A stretch of DNA of 64,000 nt from Minisyncoccota bacterium. GTDB taxonomy: Bacteria > Patescibacteriota > Minisyncoccia > Phycocordibacterales > CALRHW01. Where the stretch lies: the NCBI GenBank assembly GCA_046350795.1, contig JAXLZT010000002.1:24293-88292 (forward strand), read 5' to 3'. A program made the position numbers and the translations under genes. Below, piece after piece: positions 18,227-27,791 of this stretch. Numbering within the stretch: position 1 is the stretch's first letter; every line of letters starts with the position of its first letter. A model generated the notes under the pieces. That model was not told the DNA's origin. It ran no database searches and worked only from the letters and a program-made list of their open reading frames with translations.

Positions 18227-21200
18227 ATGGGTGATTTTTCGACTAAAAAATTTTTTCTAAAAACAGTTTTCACACTGTTTGTCTTTTTATTTTTTACTTC
18301 ACAGGTGTATGCTGCCACTATTTATTCAAATAGTAGTACAGGAAATGATTCTACTGGTGATGGTACTAGTGGTTTACCATATCGTACATTTCACAAAGCA
18401 TATACCGTGGCGAGCGCTGGTGACACTATCAATCTCACCGGTACATTTACATGGACTGATGCATCTGAAACAGGTGACGCGTCTCCAGCTGGATATACAA
18501 TAGGAAAAAATCTTACTATTGTCGGACAGGGTGCAGATGAGACTATCGTGCAATCTGCCACAGCATCTACTACGGGTGATAGACGTGTGTTTACTGTGTC
18601 TGCCGGCATAGTTGCTAATTTTGATAAATTAAACATAAGACATGGTCGTGTGACGGGTTCTGTATATGGCGGTGGTATTTATAATAGCGGTACCACTACG
18701 GTGACAAATTCGGATATAAACAACAACTCTAGTCCATCATATGGTGGAGGCGGTGTTGCAAACTACGGCATTTTTACTATCGAAGATAGTTCTATACGAA
18801 ATAATACTGGATATTATGGTGGTGGAGGTATTAGAAATATGGATTTGCTGGCAGATCTTTTTATCACAAATACCACCATTACTGGAAATCAGCAGATGTC
18901 GAGCACTGGGTATACCGATGGAGGAGGTATAGATGCGAGATATGGAGATGTGACGCTCACAAACTCTGCGATTGTTTACAACTCAGCGTATGGCACGGGT
19001 GGACTTTGTATGTGTGATACCACCGGTACTTTGACGATAAAGAATACTATTATTGCCAACAACTTAAAAAAAGGCGGTGGCTCTGCATACGATTTTTATA
19101 AAAATAATGTAGGTAGTACTGTAACTGATAATGGAAAAAATATTGTTGGAAGTTCAAATGGTAGTTACACGTGGGTGGGCTCTGGTGATTGGACGGACAC
19201 TGATTTAAACGGAAGTTTTACACTATACAGTGTCGGTACTACTGGCTCCTTAAATATGGAATCTACATCAAGCACAAATGATGATCCAGATGGTACATAC
19301 AATCACGCTATTTTTGCAAGCTCTATTGCAATAGATAATGGAGCCACTGGTGCAAACGGTGCCACATCTACTGTACCCACACTAGATCAGCGTGGTGCTA
19401 CACGTAATAGCACTACAGATATTGGTCCTTTTGAATACAATGGGGGTGGTCTTTCTATATCAGCTCCCACCACCCAAGCATCTTCTGTAACTTTTAGTTC
19501 CGTTGAATACAACAGAATGACTGTGAGTTGGACAAATGGTAACGGCTCACGACGTGTAGCTTTTATGAAAGCAGCTAGTAGCGGTACGGCGTCACCAGTA
19601 GATGGTACATCATATGCCTCAAGCTCTGTGTTTGGAAGTGGTGATCAGATCGGCTCTTCAGGATGGTATGCGATATATGATGGACTTGGGTCTAGTGTGA
19701 CTGTTACAGGACTTACACAAGGTGTTACATATATAGTGCAAGTATTTGAATACAATGGAGTTTCTTCTGGTACAGCAGATTATCTTACTGATACAGCTAC
19801 AAACAATCCAAACACACAACAATCACATGCCGTTGTTACTTTGTATGTAAATAGTTCCACAGGAAATGATTCTACCGGCGATGGATCAAGTGGAAGTCCG
19901 TATCTCACTTTTCACAAAGGATATACTTCTGCTAGTGCAGGCGACACTATAAATCTTACAGGTACTTTTACATGGACTGATTCTGGAGAGACGGGTGACT
20001 CTGCCACTACGGGTTACACACTTTCAAAAGATTTAACTATTCAAGGCAATGGTGCAGATGACACTATACTTCAGTCTGCCACAGCATCTACTACTGGAGA
20101 CAGAAGAATATTTACTGTTTCATCTGGAGCTACCGTAACTATTGATGACATTATGTTGAGAAATGGTCGTGTGACAGGCTCTGTGTATGGAGGAGCTATT
20201 GATAACAGTGGAACACTTACTATTACTGATTCTGATATCAATAATAATTCCAGTCCTTCGTATGGCGGTGGAGGAATTGTAAATTACAGCACGCTTACTT
20301 TGGACAGAGTGTCTATGTGGAACAACACTGGATATTATGGTGGTGGTGCGATTAGAAATCTAGATGCCAACGGTGATATTTTTATTACAAACTCAACGCT
20401 TGCCTATAATCAACAAATGTCTAGTGGTGTATATACCAACGGTGGAGCTATAGACATGAGGTATGGTGATCTTACTTTGACAAATTCGGTAATAGCTTAC
20501 AACTCAGCGTATGGTGTCGGTGGACTTTGTATGTGTGATACCACAGGTACTTTGACGATAAAAAATAGCATAATAGCTAGCAATCTAAAAAAAGGCGGTG
20601 GCTCTGCATATGATTTTTATAAATCAAACGCAGGTAGCACTGTAACTGATAATGGAAAAAATATCGTCGGAAGTTCAAACAGTAGTTATACTTGGGTGGG
20701 CTCTGGTGATTGGACGGACACTGATTTAAATGGAACCTTTACACTATACAGTGTCGGTACCACAGGTTCTTTAAATCAGAGTAGTACGCTAGCTACAAAC
20801 AGTGCATTAAATAATACTTACACTCTTGCTATTACTTCGGCTAGTTCAATAGCAAAAGATAATGGAGCTACAGGAACAAACGGTACCATATCTGTACCTA
20901 CCACAGATCAGCGACAAGGCACTAGAAACGGTACTACCGATATAGGTGCATATGAGTATGGTGCAACTTTTGGAGATACTACTGTGCCCACCGTGTCTGT
21001 GACGGCTCCAAGCTCTGATGCAACAGTCTCTGGCGCTAGTGTTTCTTTTACAGCAGATGCTAGTGACGATGTGGCTGTGGCGGGAGTAAAATTTTATGTA
21101 AATGGAGTATTGCAGGGAAGCGAAGACACGACTTCTACATATGGTATTACATGGGACAGTACAGCGACTACTTCGGGTGCTTATACTCTAGTAGCCGTCG

Positions 21201-22453
21201 CTCGTGATAGTTCAAATAATTATGCTACTTCTACGAGTGTTTCTTTTAATGTGTTGAATACTGGACCAACACCCACATCTGTAGTAGCTACAGGATCTGA
21301 TAATGGAGCTACTATTACTTGGACTACTGCTGATGCAGCTTCATCACGTGTATATTTTGGTCCTACCACAAGCTATGGTTCTTCTACACCAGAGACAGAT
21401 ACATCACCACGTGTTACTAGTCACTCTGTTTCTGTTTCCGGTTTACCATCCTGTGCTTACTATCATTATTATGTTGAAAGTAAAAATACTGCTTTAGATA
21501 CTGCTACTAGTTCTGATTACACTTTTTCTACTACTGGTTGCACAAGTAGTGCGTCTATTACTGCCAGCGGAAATGGCACCATAGCTACGGCTTCTGGCGG
21601 TACTTTGACACAGGGGGATATTACACTTACTGTGCCTACTTCTTTTACCAATGCATCAAGCTCTGCTATTTTTCAAGCAAATCAACTCAACTCTACGACA
21701 TTCTTTTCTGGGATAACAAATCCAAGTGGTCTTAATGCTGTTGGAGATTCTGTTTTTCATCTTTCTGCTTTCATTGATGCTACCACTACCATCTCCTCTT
21801 TTTCTGCGCCTATTTCTGTAAGGCTTGCTTATACTTCTGCTGATGTTGAAGACATAGATGAAACAACTTTGTGGATATATAGATATGATGGTTCGTCTTG
21901 GTATGCACTTAATGATTGCTCTGTAGATACATCTGGCATGACCGTCACCTGTACTACTACAAATTTTTCTGATTTCGCACTCTTTGGTGAGGGGGTTGAT
22001 AGTAGTGGGGGATCCAATAGTGGTTTTTCTGCCAATAGCCAAGTTGTAAATCTGATCAATATGGGTAAGGTGCATGACGCGGTTTTAATTATTCAAAAAT
22101 ATCCATCTATATTAAACGATAAAAATGTTCTAGATTTTTTGAAAAAATATTTAGATAGTATTGCTCTAACACAAAATGTTGATTTATCTGGGCCGAATAT
22201 TTTGATAGAAAAAGATCTCTATCTTGGTTCAGAGGGTGAAGATGTAAAAAAATTGCAGACGTTTTTGATAGCACAAAATAAAGGTCCGATTTCAAAAGAA
22301 CTCGCTCGTGTGGGTGTTACTGGATATTTTGGTCAATACACAAAAAATGCTTTAGGTGAGTTTCAGAAAAGTGTTGGTATAGTGCCGTATTCTGGATATT
22401 TTGGTCCAAAGACCAGAGCTTTTGTCAGTGATTTAAAAAATACAAAAGAATAG
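18227..22453 (+). CDS. Giant secreted surface protein: two tandem ~500-aa right-handed beta-helix modules, FN3/Ig-like domains and a C-terminal peptidoglycan-binding domain
   Basis: Signal peptide. The 500-aa unit (YSNSSTGNDSTGDG...CMCDTTGTLTIKN...GSSNGSYTWVGSGDWTDTDLNG) appears twice. Gly-rich pectate-lyase/Pmp-like turns. The C-terminus (EDVKKLQTFLIAQNKG...GYFGQYTKNALGEFQKSVGIVPYSGYFGPKTRAFV) resembles PG_binding_1. Confidence 0.6.
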   Translation: MGDFSTKKFFLKTVFTLFVFLFFTSQVYAATIYSNSSTGNDSTGDGTSGLPYRTFHKAYTVASAGDTINLTGTFTWTDASETGDASPAGYTIGKNLTIVGQGADETIVQSATASTTGDRRVFTVSAGIVANFDKLNIRHGRVTGSVYGGGIYNSGTTTVTNSDINNNSSPSYGGGGVANYGIFTIEDSSIRNNTGYYGGGGIRNMDLLADLFITNTTITGNQQMSSTGYTDGGGIDARYGDVTLTNSAIVYNSAYGTGGLCMCDTTGTLTIKNTIIANNLKKGGGSAYDFYKNNVGSTVTDNGKNIVGSSNGSYTWVGSGDWTDTDLNGSFTLYSVGTTGSLNMESTSSTNDDPDGTYNHAIFASSIAIDNGATGANGATSTVPTLDQRGATRNSTTDIGPFEYNGGGLSISAPTTQASSVTFSSVEYNRMTVSWTNGNGSRRVAFMKAASSGTASPVDGTSYASSSVFGSGDQIGSSGWYAIYDGLGSSVTVTGLTQGVTYIVQVFEYNGVSSGTADYLTDTATNNPNTQQSHAVVTLYVNSSTGNDSTGDGSSGSPYLTFHKGYTSASAGDTINLTGTFTWTDSGETGDSATTGYTLSKDLTIQGNGADDTILQSATASTTGDRRIFTVSSGATVTIDDIMLRNGRVTGSVYGGAIDNSGTLTITDSDINNNSSPSYGGGGIVNYSTLTLDRVSMWNNTGYYGGGAIRNLDANGDIFITNSTLAYNQQMSSGVYTNGGAIDMRYGDLTLTNSVIAYNSAYGVGGLCMCDTTGTLTIKNSIIASNLKKGGGSAYDFYKSNAGSTVTDNGKNIVGSSNSSYTWVGSGDWTDTDLNGTFTLYSVGTTGSLNQSSTLATNSALNNTYTLAITSASSIAKDNGATGTNGTISVPTTDQRQGTRNGTTDIGAYEYGATFGDTTVPTVSVTAPSSDATVSGASVSFTADASDDVAVAGVKFYVNGVLQGSEDTTSTYGITWDSTATTSGAYTLVAVARDSSNNYATSTSVSFNVLNTGPTPTSVVATGSDNGATITWTTADAASSRVYFGPTTSYGSSTPETDTSPRVTSHSVSVSGLPSCAYYHYYVESKNTALDTATSSDYTFSTTGCTSSASITASGNGTIATASGGTLTQGDITLTVPTSFTNASSSAIFQANQLNSTTFFSGITNPSGLNAVGDSVFHLSAFIDATTTISSFSAPISVRLAYTSADVEDIDETTLWIYRYDGSSWYALNDCSVDTSGMTVTCTTTNFSDFALFGEGVDSSGGSNSGFSANSQVVNLINMGKVHDAVLIIQKYPSILNDKNVLDFLKKYLDSIALTQNVDLSGPNILIEKDLYLGSEGEDVKKLQTFLIAQNKGPISKELARVGVTGYFGQYTKNALGEFQKSVGIVPYSGYFGPKTRAFVSDLKNTKE

Positions 22454-22478
22454 TCTCGTCTCTTCATGTGATAATATA

Positions 22479-22934
22479 TTGTATATGACGATCACAATTA
22501 TTATAGGTATTATCGGTGCGATTATTAGTGCAATTATTGGAACACTTTGGTATAGCGACAAAAGTCCGATGGGTAGGTTGCATATGAAGTGTCTTGGTTT
22601 TGATAAGTTGTCTCAAGTTGAAAAAGATGCTTTGAAAAAAGAGGCAATGCCAAATATGTGGAAAGTATATAGCCTGCAAATGATACTTTCGTTGATCACT
22701 TCGCTCTTTATTGGTTTCGTAACTTCATACACAGTATTAAATGGTGGTCCTGCAAATGCAGTTTACTTTTATGTCGTGTTCATATGGGCTTCTTTTACTG
22801 TTCCGATAATTGGACAAAGTTTACTTTGGGGAAATGTAGATCGATCGCTAGTTTGGAAAAAGTTTTTCTCAGATATTTCTTATAATCTGCTAACTTTTAT
22901 CATTATCGCTTTTGTTGCAACAATTTTAATTTAA
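22479..22934 (+). CDS. Membrane protein, unknown function
   Basis: 151 aa with 4 predicted TM helices. Confidence 0.45.
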   Translation: MYMTITIIIGIIGAIISAIIGTLWYSDKSPMGRLHMKCLGFDKLSQVEKDALKKEAMPNMWKVYSLQMILSLITSLFIGFVTSYTVLNGGPANAVYFYVVFIWASFTVPIIGQSLLWGNVDRSLVWKKFFSDISYNLLTFIIIAFVATILI

Positions 22935-22938
22935 TCTT

Positions 22939-23520
22939 GTGAAAGAGCTCTTTGCTATTATCGCAGTTATCTTGGCTTTTGTAGGTAATATTTCCTACCT
23001 TAAAGATACTTTTAAGGGGAAAGTAAAACCGCATCCATATACTTGGTTTATTTGGTCTATTGTCTCAATGACCACTTTTTTTGGTGGTTTGGTAAAAGGG
23101 GCGGGAATAGGTGCACTGCCGACAGGTATAGCCGAAGCTTTCACTATCATCATTTTTCTTTTTTCTCTGAAATATTTGTTTCAAGGAAAAGCGGGTCACA
23201 TCAGAATGATAGATAATTATTTTCTTGCTATATGTCTTTTGGGTTTGATACCTTGGGCGCTGACAAAAGATCCGACAATATCGGTTGTGATTGTAGTGAT
23301 TATCGACATTATCGCTTTTGTGCCAACACTTAGAAAGACTTGGGCGCATCCAAATACCGAAAAACCTCTTTTATATGAAATGAATGTAACGCGCCATATT
23401 TTGACACTCTTTTCTATCCAAACATACAACGTTGCCACAACTTTTCACTCTATAGCAATGATTTGCACCAACATTTTGATGACTGTTTTTATATATAGAA
23501 AGAAAATTGGTAAAAAATAG
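22939..23520 (+). CDS. Membrane protein, unknown function
   Basis: 193 aa, polytopic, immediately downstream of the previous gene. Confidence 0.45.
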   Translation: MKELFAIIAVILAFVGNISYLKDTFKGKVKPHPYTWFIWSIVSMTTFFGGLVKGAGIGALPTGIAEAFTIIIFLFSLKYLFQGKAGHIRMIDNYFLAICLLGLIPWALTKDPTISVVIVVIIDIIAFVPTLRKTWAHPNTEKPLLYEMNVTRHILTLFSIQTYNVATTFHSIAMICTNILMTVFIYRKKIGKK

Positions 23521-23537
23521 CAAAACGACCGTGTATT

Positions 23538-24500
23538 TTGGTCAAGTATGAAGGGGGTGGTCTAAGTGTGGTAAAATGGTTGTATATGAAAAAATCAATA
23601 ATAGTATTGGTGATCTTATTATTAGCGGGCTTTGGAGTTTACTATTTTACAAAAGGTGGTGATGTTAAAAAACCTGTAGAAAATAATCCTGTTGTAGAAG
23701 AGACGCCTGTAGCGCCAGCTGAAACAGAAGTAAAAGATGATCAGAAAAATGCTCCAGAAGTTTCTATTGGTAAATCTGTAGATGGTAATGATATAAAAGC
23801 ATATCGTTTTGGAACTGGTGAAAAAGAGATTTTGTTTATAGCGGGTATTCATGGAGGATATGCTTGGAACACAGTTTTGTTGGCACAACAAATGATGGAT
23901 TATTTGAAAAAGAATGCGACAGCTGTGCCTTCAAATGTAAAAGTAACTATCATTCCTGTATTAAATCCTGATGGTCTAAAAAAGACAGTGGGTACTACTG
24001 GCACATTTACACAATCAAATGTACCAACAGATACAGCAAAGACAGTGGCTGGAAGATTTAATTCAAACGAAGTAGATCTAAATCGAAATTTTGATTGTGA
24101 TTGGCAAGATTCTGGTGTATGGCAAAACAAGAAAGTGAGCGGTGGTAGCAGTGCTTTTTCTGAGCCAGAAACTTTAGCTCTAAAAAATTATATTGATACG
24201 AATAATCCTACAGCCGTAGTCGCTTTCTATAGTGCTGCTGGTGGAGTGTTTGCATCAAGTTGTCACAACGGTGTATCTACAGAGACAAATTCTATTTTGA
24301 AAAAATATGCTGATGCTTCAGGATACAAAGCTTATGCTGATTTTGATTTCTATGAGATTACTGGAGATATGGTAAATTGGCTTGCTAAAAAGAATGTTCC
24401 GGCTATCAGTGTTCTCCTTACAAATCACACAGATACTGATTGGACAAAAAATCTCGCTGGTCTAAAGGCTTTGATTGATTATTACAGCAAATCAGAATAA
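23538..24500 (+). CDS. Membrane-anchored M14/AstE-AspA-superfamily zinc carboxypeptidase-like protein (paralog 1, possibly catalytically altered)
   Basis: TM anchor. GIHGGYAWN has Ala where paralog 2 has Glu. Also has IPVLNPDG and DLNRNFDCDW (an M14 NRN motif). Confidence 0.5.
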   Translation: MVKYEGGGLSVVKWLYMKKSIIVLVILLLAGFGVYYFTKGGDVKKPVENNPVVEETPVAPAETEVKDDQKNAPEVSIGKSVDGNDIKAYRFGTGEKEILFIAGIHGGYAWNTVLLAQQMMDYLKKNATAVPSNVKVTIIPVLNPDGLKKTVGTTGTFTQSNVPTDTAKTVAGRFNSNEVDLNRNFDCDWQDSGVWQNKKVSGGSSAFSEPETLALKNYIDTNNPTAVVAFYSAAGGVFASSCHNGVSTETNSILKKYADASGYKAYADFDFYEITGDMVNWLAKKNVPAISVLLTNHTDTDWTKNLAGLKALIDYYSKSE

Positions 24501-24503
24501 ATA

Positions 24504-25391
24504 ATGATCTCTAATTTTAAAAAAACCACAACCCTTATTTTTCTTGTAGTTGTGGTTTTTGGTCTTGCTGTCGCTACTTTTTTCTTTTTAAATAAAAAAG
24601 AGGCGGTGGCTCCTGTAAAAGTAGAAGAAAGTAAAAAAGAAGAAATAAGGAGAGAGGTGATAGGAAAGTCAGTACAAGGTAGGGATATAGAAAGTTTTAC
24701 ATATGGTTCCGGTCAGAAAAAGTTGGTCCTTGTGGGCGGTATCCACGGTGGATATGAGTGGAACAGTGTTTTGCTCGCATATCAGGTAATGGATTATTTA
24801 GAAAAAAATCCCGCAGTGATTCCATCCAGTCTCAGTATTTCTGTAATACCTTCTGCCAATCCTGACGCTGTTTATAAGGTCGTGGGCAAGGAAGGTAGAT
24901 TTGAGGTAGGGGATGTTTCAAAAGATGAAAATATTCTAGTGTCTGCACGTTTCAATGCAAATCAGGTTGATTTAAACAGAAACTTTGATTGCGATTGGAA
25001 ACCAGAAGCTACATGGCGTTCAAAAAAAGTAAGTGCTGGTACTGAGCCTTTTTCCGAACCAGAATCAAAAACTCTACAACAGTTTTTTGTAAAAAATAAT
25101 CCAGTCGGTGCTGTTTTTTGGCATAGTCAGGCAAATGCTGTGTATGCCGGAGATTGTAAGGGTGTTATTTTACCTAAGACGCTCGAGATAATGGATCTGT
25201 ACGCCAACGCTTCTGGGTATGTAGCTCAAAAGACTTTTGATAGCTATGAAGTAAACGGTGCTTCTGATGGTTGGCTTACTACTATTGGCATCCCCACACT
25301 TACTGTAGAATTAAAAACTCATGAGTCGGTTGAGTTTGATCAAAATTTACTGGGAGTAAAAGCTCTCATAGAATACTATGGCAAAAACTAA
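24504..25391 (+). CDS. Membrane-anchored M14/AstE-AspA-superfamily zinc carboxypeptidase-like protein (paralog 2)
   Basis: GGIHGGYEWNS (His/Glu metal ligands), IPSANPDA and DLNRNFDCDW. A tandem paralog of the upstream gene. Confidence 0.5.
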   Translation: MISNFKKTTTLIFLVVVVFGLAVATFFFLNKKEAVAPVKVEESKKEEIRREVIGKSVQGRDIESFTYGSGQKKLVLVGGIHGGYEWNSVLLAYQVMDYLEKNPAVIPSSLSISVIPSANPDAVYKVVGKEGRFEVGDVSKDENILVSARFNANQVDLNRNFDCDWKPEATWRSKKVSAGTEPFSEPESKTLQQFFVKNNPVGAVFWHSQANAVYAGDCKGVILPKTLEIMDLYANASGYVAQKTFDSYEVNGASDGWLTTIGIPTLTVELKTHESVEFDQNLLGVKALIEYYGKN

Positions 25392-25818
25392 ATTACTTCA
25401 GTTTGATACGTATTTGGCTATGATTGAAAATTCTGTTGGTTCTTATATGTTTAAGAATCTTTTTATCGAGGTGGACGGAGTGAAAAAAGATGCAACAGAA
25501 GACGGTGATTTATCATGCGCTTTTTTTGTATCGTCTGTTTTGTTTTTATGTAAATATATAGATTCTCCTCATGCCACAGTGGAATCTACTGTGAAAAAAT
25601 TAAAAGACAGTGGCTGGCAGACTATAGATGAGCCTGTGGTGGGTAGTGTGGTTGTTTGGAAAAAGAAAGATGGCCATTCGCACATTGGTTTTTATGTGGG
25701 TGATAATAAGGTAATAAGTAACAGCGACAAAGACAGGTGTCCAAAAAAGACAGATTGGAAGTTTGATGGAAATAGGGAAATAGATATGATTCTTTGGAGA
25801 TCAGATATAATACAGTAG
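25378..25818 (+). CDS. CHAP/NlpC-P60-like cysteine peptidase domain protein
   Basis: A candidate Cys (DLSCAFFVSSV) and a downstream His (GHSHIGFYVGDNKVISN), in the order expected for CHAP. 146 aa. Confidence 0.4.
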   Translation: MAKTKLLQFDTYLAMIENSVGSYMFKNLFIEVDGVKKDATEDGDLSCAFFVSSVLFLCKYIDSPHATVESTVKKLKDSGWQTIDEPVVGSVVVWKKKDGHSHIGFYVGDNKVISNSDKDRCPKKTDWKFDGNREIDMILWRSDIIQ

Positions 25819-25831
25819 AACCATTATAATC

Positions 25832-26434
25832 ATGGAGACTCTGCAAAATATTATTATTGCTTCAGGATATCTCGGCATTTTTGTCACCATCTTTGCTGAG
25901 TCTGGATTTTTGCTAGGAATATTTTTGCCGGGGGATTCTCTACTCTTCACTTTAGGACTTTTTGCATCAAAGGGTTCCTTCTCTATATTAATTCTTTGGA
26001 TTTTATCTGTGTCTGCGGCGATTTTGGGAGATAGTTTTGGTTATTTTTCTGGTAGAAAGTTTGGTCCAGCTATTTTTAGCAAAGAAAATTCTTTATTTTT
26101 TAGAAAAAGTTATTTGGACAAGACTCAGGCTTTTTATGACAAATATGGAAAGAAAACAATAATACTTGCTAGATTTGTGCCTATCGTGCGCACACTAGCT
26201 CCTATTTTTGCCGGTGTTGCAAATATGAATTACAGGACTTTTGTCTCTTACAATATTATTGGAGGAATACTTTGGCCTTCAATTATGCTTTTCTCAGGAT
26301 TTTTCTTGGGAAATATTTTTCCGGGTATAAAAAATTATTTATCGGAAGTGATACTGATAATCATTTTCCTATCTTTCTTGCCGGTTATATTTGAGCTGGT
26401 GAAAACATATAAAAGTAGAAGAATTAAATCTTAG
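25832..26434 (+). CDS. DedA/SNARE-associated family membrane protein
   Basis: ESGFLLGIFLPGDSLLFTLG motif and 200 aa. Confidence 0.7.
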   Translation: METLQNIIIASGYLGIFVTIFAESGFLLGIFLPGDSLLFTLGLFASKGSFSILILWILSVSAAILGDSFGYFSGRKFGPAIFSKENSLFFRKSYLDKTQAFYDKYGKKTIILARFVPIVRTLAPIFAGVANMNYRTFVSYNIIGGILWPSIMLFSGFFLGNIFPGIKNYLSEVILIIIFLSFLPVIFELVKTYKSRRIKS

Positions 26435-27777
26435 TTTATCGGTAGCTTTATTGTAAATGTTGACCCCTCGTCTATTTTTGATTCTAACTCTATTTCTCCG
26501 TTCATTGAGTTGACCATCTTTTTTGTAAGATAAAGGCCTATACCAGTACCAACTTGTTTGGATTCAGTTGCTTTTTCTGTTCTAAAATAACCTTCAAAAA
26601 CCTTTTTTATATTTTCTTCGGCTATTCCTTGTCCTTGATCTTTTATTTTAAAAATATGCCACTTTTCATTTTTTGAATAAAAGATATCTATATTTGTATT
26701 TGGTTTTGAATATTTGATTGCATTGCCTAGTAAATTGGTAAAAATCTGGCGTAGATTTTTTTTATCTGTAAAAATACTGTATTCGTCTGCTATCTTATTT
26801 TTTATATTTACAGATACTTTGTGTTCAAGCGCACTTAGGGTTAGACTCTCTTTTAGTTCTTCAAAGAATTTTTTTATATTTACGTCTTCTTTTTTCAGAC
26901 TTCTCTTTATTGCTTCGTTTGGTGTGTTTATACTGAGTAGGTCGTTGGTATCTCTGATTAGATTTATGCAGTTTATGTATATTAAATCTAATGTTGATCG
27001 TGTATTTGTGTCCATTGAAGAATCTTTTTGTTGTATGTCTTCAAGTGCCCATTTTATGCCTACTAGAGGTGTGCGTATTTCATGGGACGCTATGGAAACA
27101 AACTCTTCTTTCATCCTTAGGTATTTTTCTTCTTTGTTTTGCGCGTATCTCAAAAAATAGATAGTCAAAAGAATAATAAGTGAAATTAAAATAGGGATAG
27201 AGGCGAATGCTATGTTGTTTAGTAAATATTCTACTGCCGGTATATCCATTCCGACCATAGCTATCACTTTTCCGTCATAGTTTTTTATTGGTGCGTAGCC
27301 AGAAAACCATATACCCCACCTATCCCTAGAAGGACCCTCTGATCTACTTTTACCGTCTTGAAATATGAGGTACATATAATCTGAGGCCTCTTGATAACTT
27401 TGTCCTGGTGGGGAATAGTCTACAGAATTCGGATCTTCTGAGTCGGCATAGAAAAAAAGTTTTTTTGATTCATCTTGACCAATGAGATATATAAATCTTA
27501 TATCTGTATTTACTTTCCTAATATTTATTAAAATCTTTTTAAGATTATTGTACGAGTCTTTTTTTAAGTCTTCTTGGCTAGCTGAAAGGTCAAGTATGTC
27601 TTCTTTTGATAAGATTTCAGCAATGGTATTTACTCTCTCCATCAAATGATTACTCTGAGATGAGTCTGTTCTGTTGTAGAGTAAAAAAGAGGATAAGATT
27701 CCTGAGATTAAGAAAAAAGATCCTATAGTCATATACAACAATCTATAGGGTCTTTTTTCTTTTTGTTTTGGAAGCAT
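26431..27777 (-). CDS. Sensor histidine kinase (2 TM helices, periplasmic sensor domain, HisKA + HATPase_c)
   Basis: H-box SIASHEIRTPL, N-box NLLGNAIKYS and G-box GTGIGLYLTKKMV. Confidence 0.8.
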   Translation of the reverse strand: MLPKQKEKRPYRLLYMTIGSFFLISGILSSFLLYNRTDSSQSNHLMERVNTIAEILSKEDILDLSASQEDLKKDSYNNLKKILINIRKVNTDIRFIYLIGQDESKKLFFYADSEDPNSVDYSPPGQSYQEASDYMYLIFQDGKSRSEGPSRDRWGIWFSGYAPIKNYDGKVIAMVGMDIPAVEYLLNNIAFASIPILISLIILLTIYFLRYAQNKEEKYLRMKEEFVSIASHEIRTPLVGIKWALEDIQQKDSSMDTNTRSTLDLIYINCINLIRDTNDLLSINTPNEAIKRSLKKEDVNIKKFFEELKESLTLSALEHKVSVNIKNKIADEYSIFTDKKNLRQIFTNLLGNAIKYSKPNTNIDIFYSKNEKWHIFKIKDQGQGIAEENIKKVFEGYFRTEKATESKQVGTGIGLYLTKKMVNSMNGEIELESKIDEGSTFTIKLPIN

Positions 27778-27791
27778 ATAATAATTTTAAA

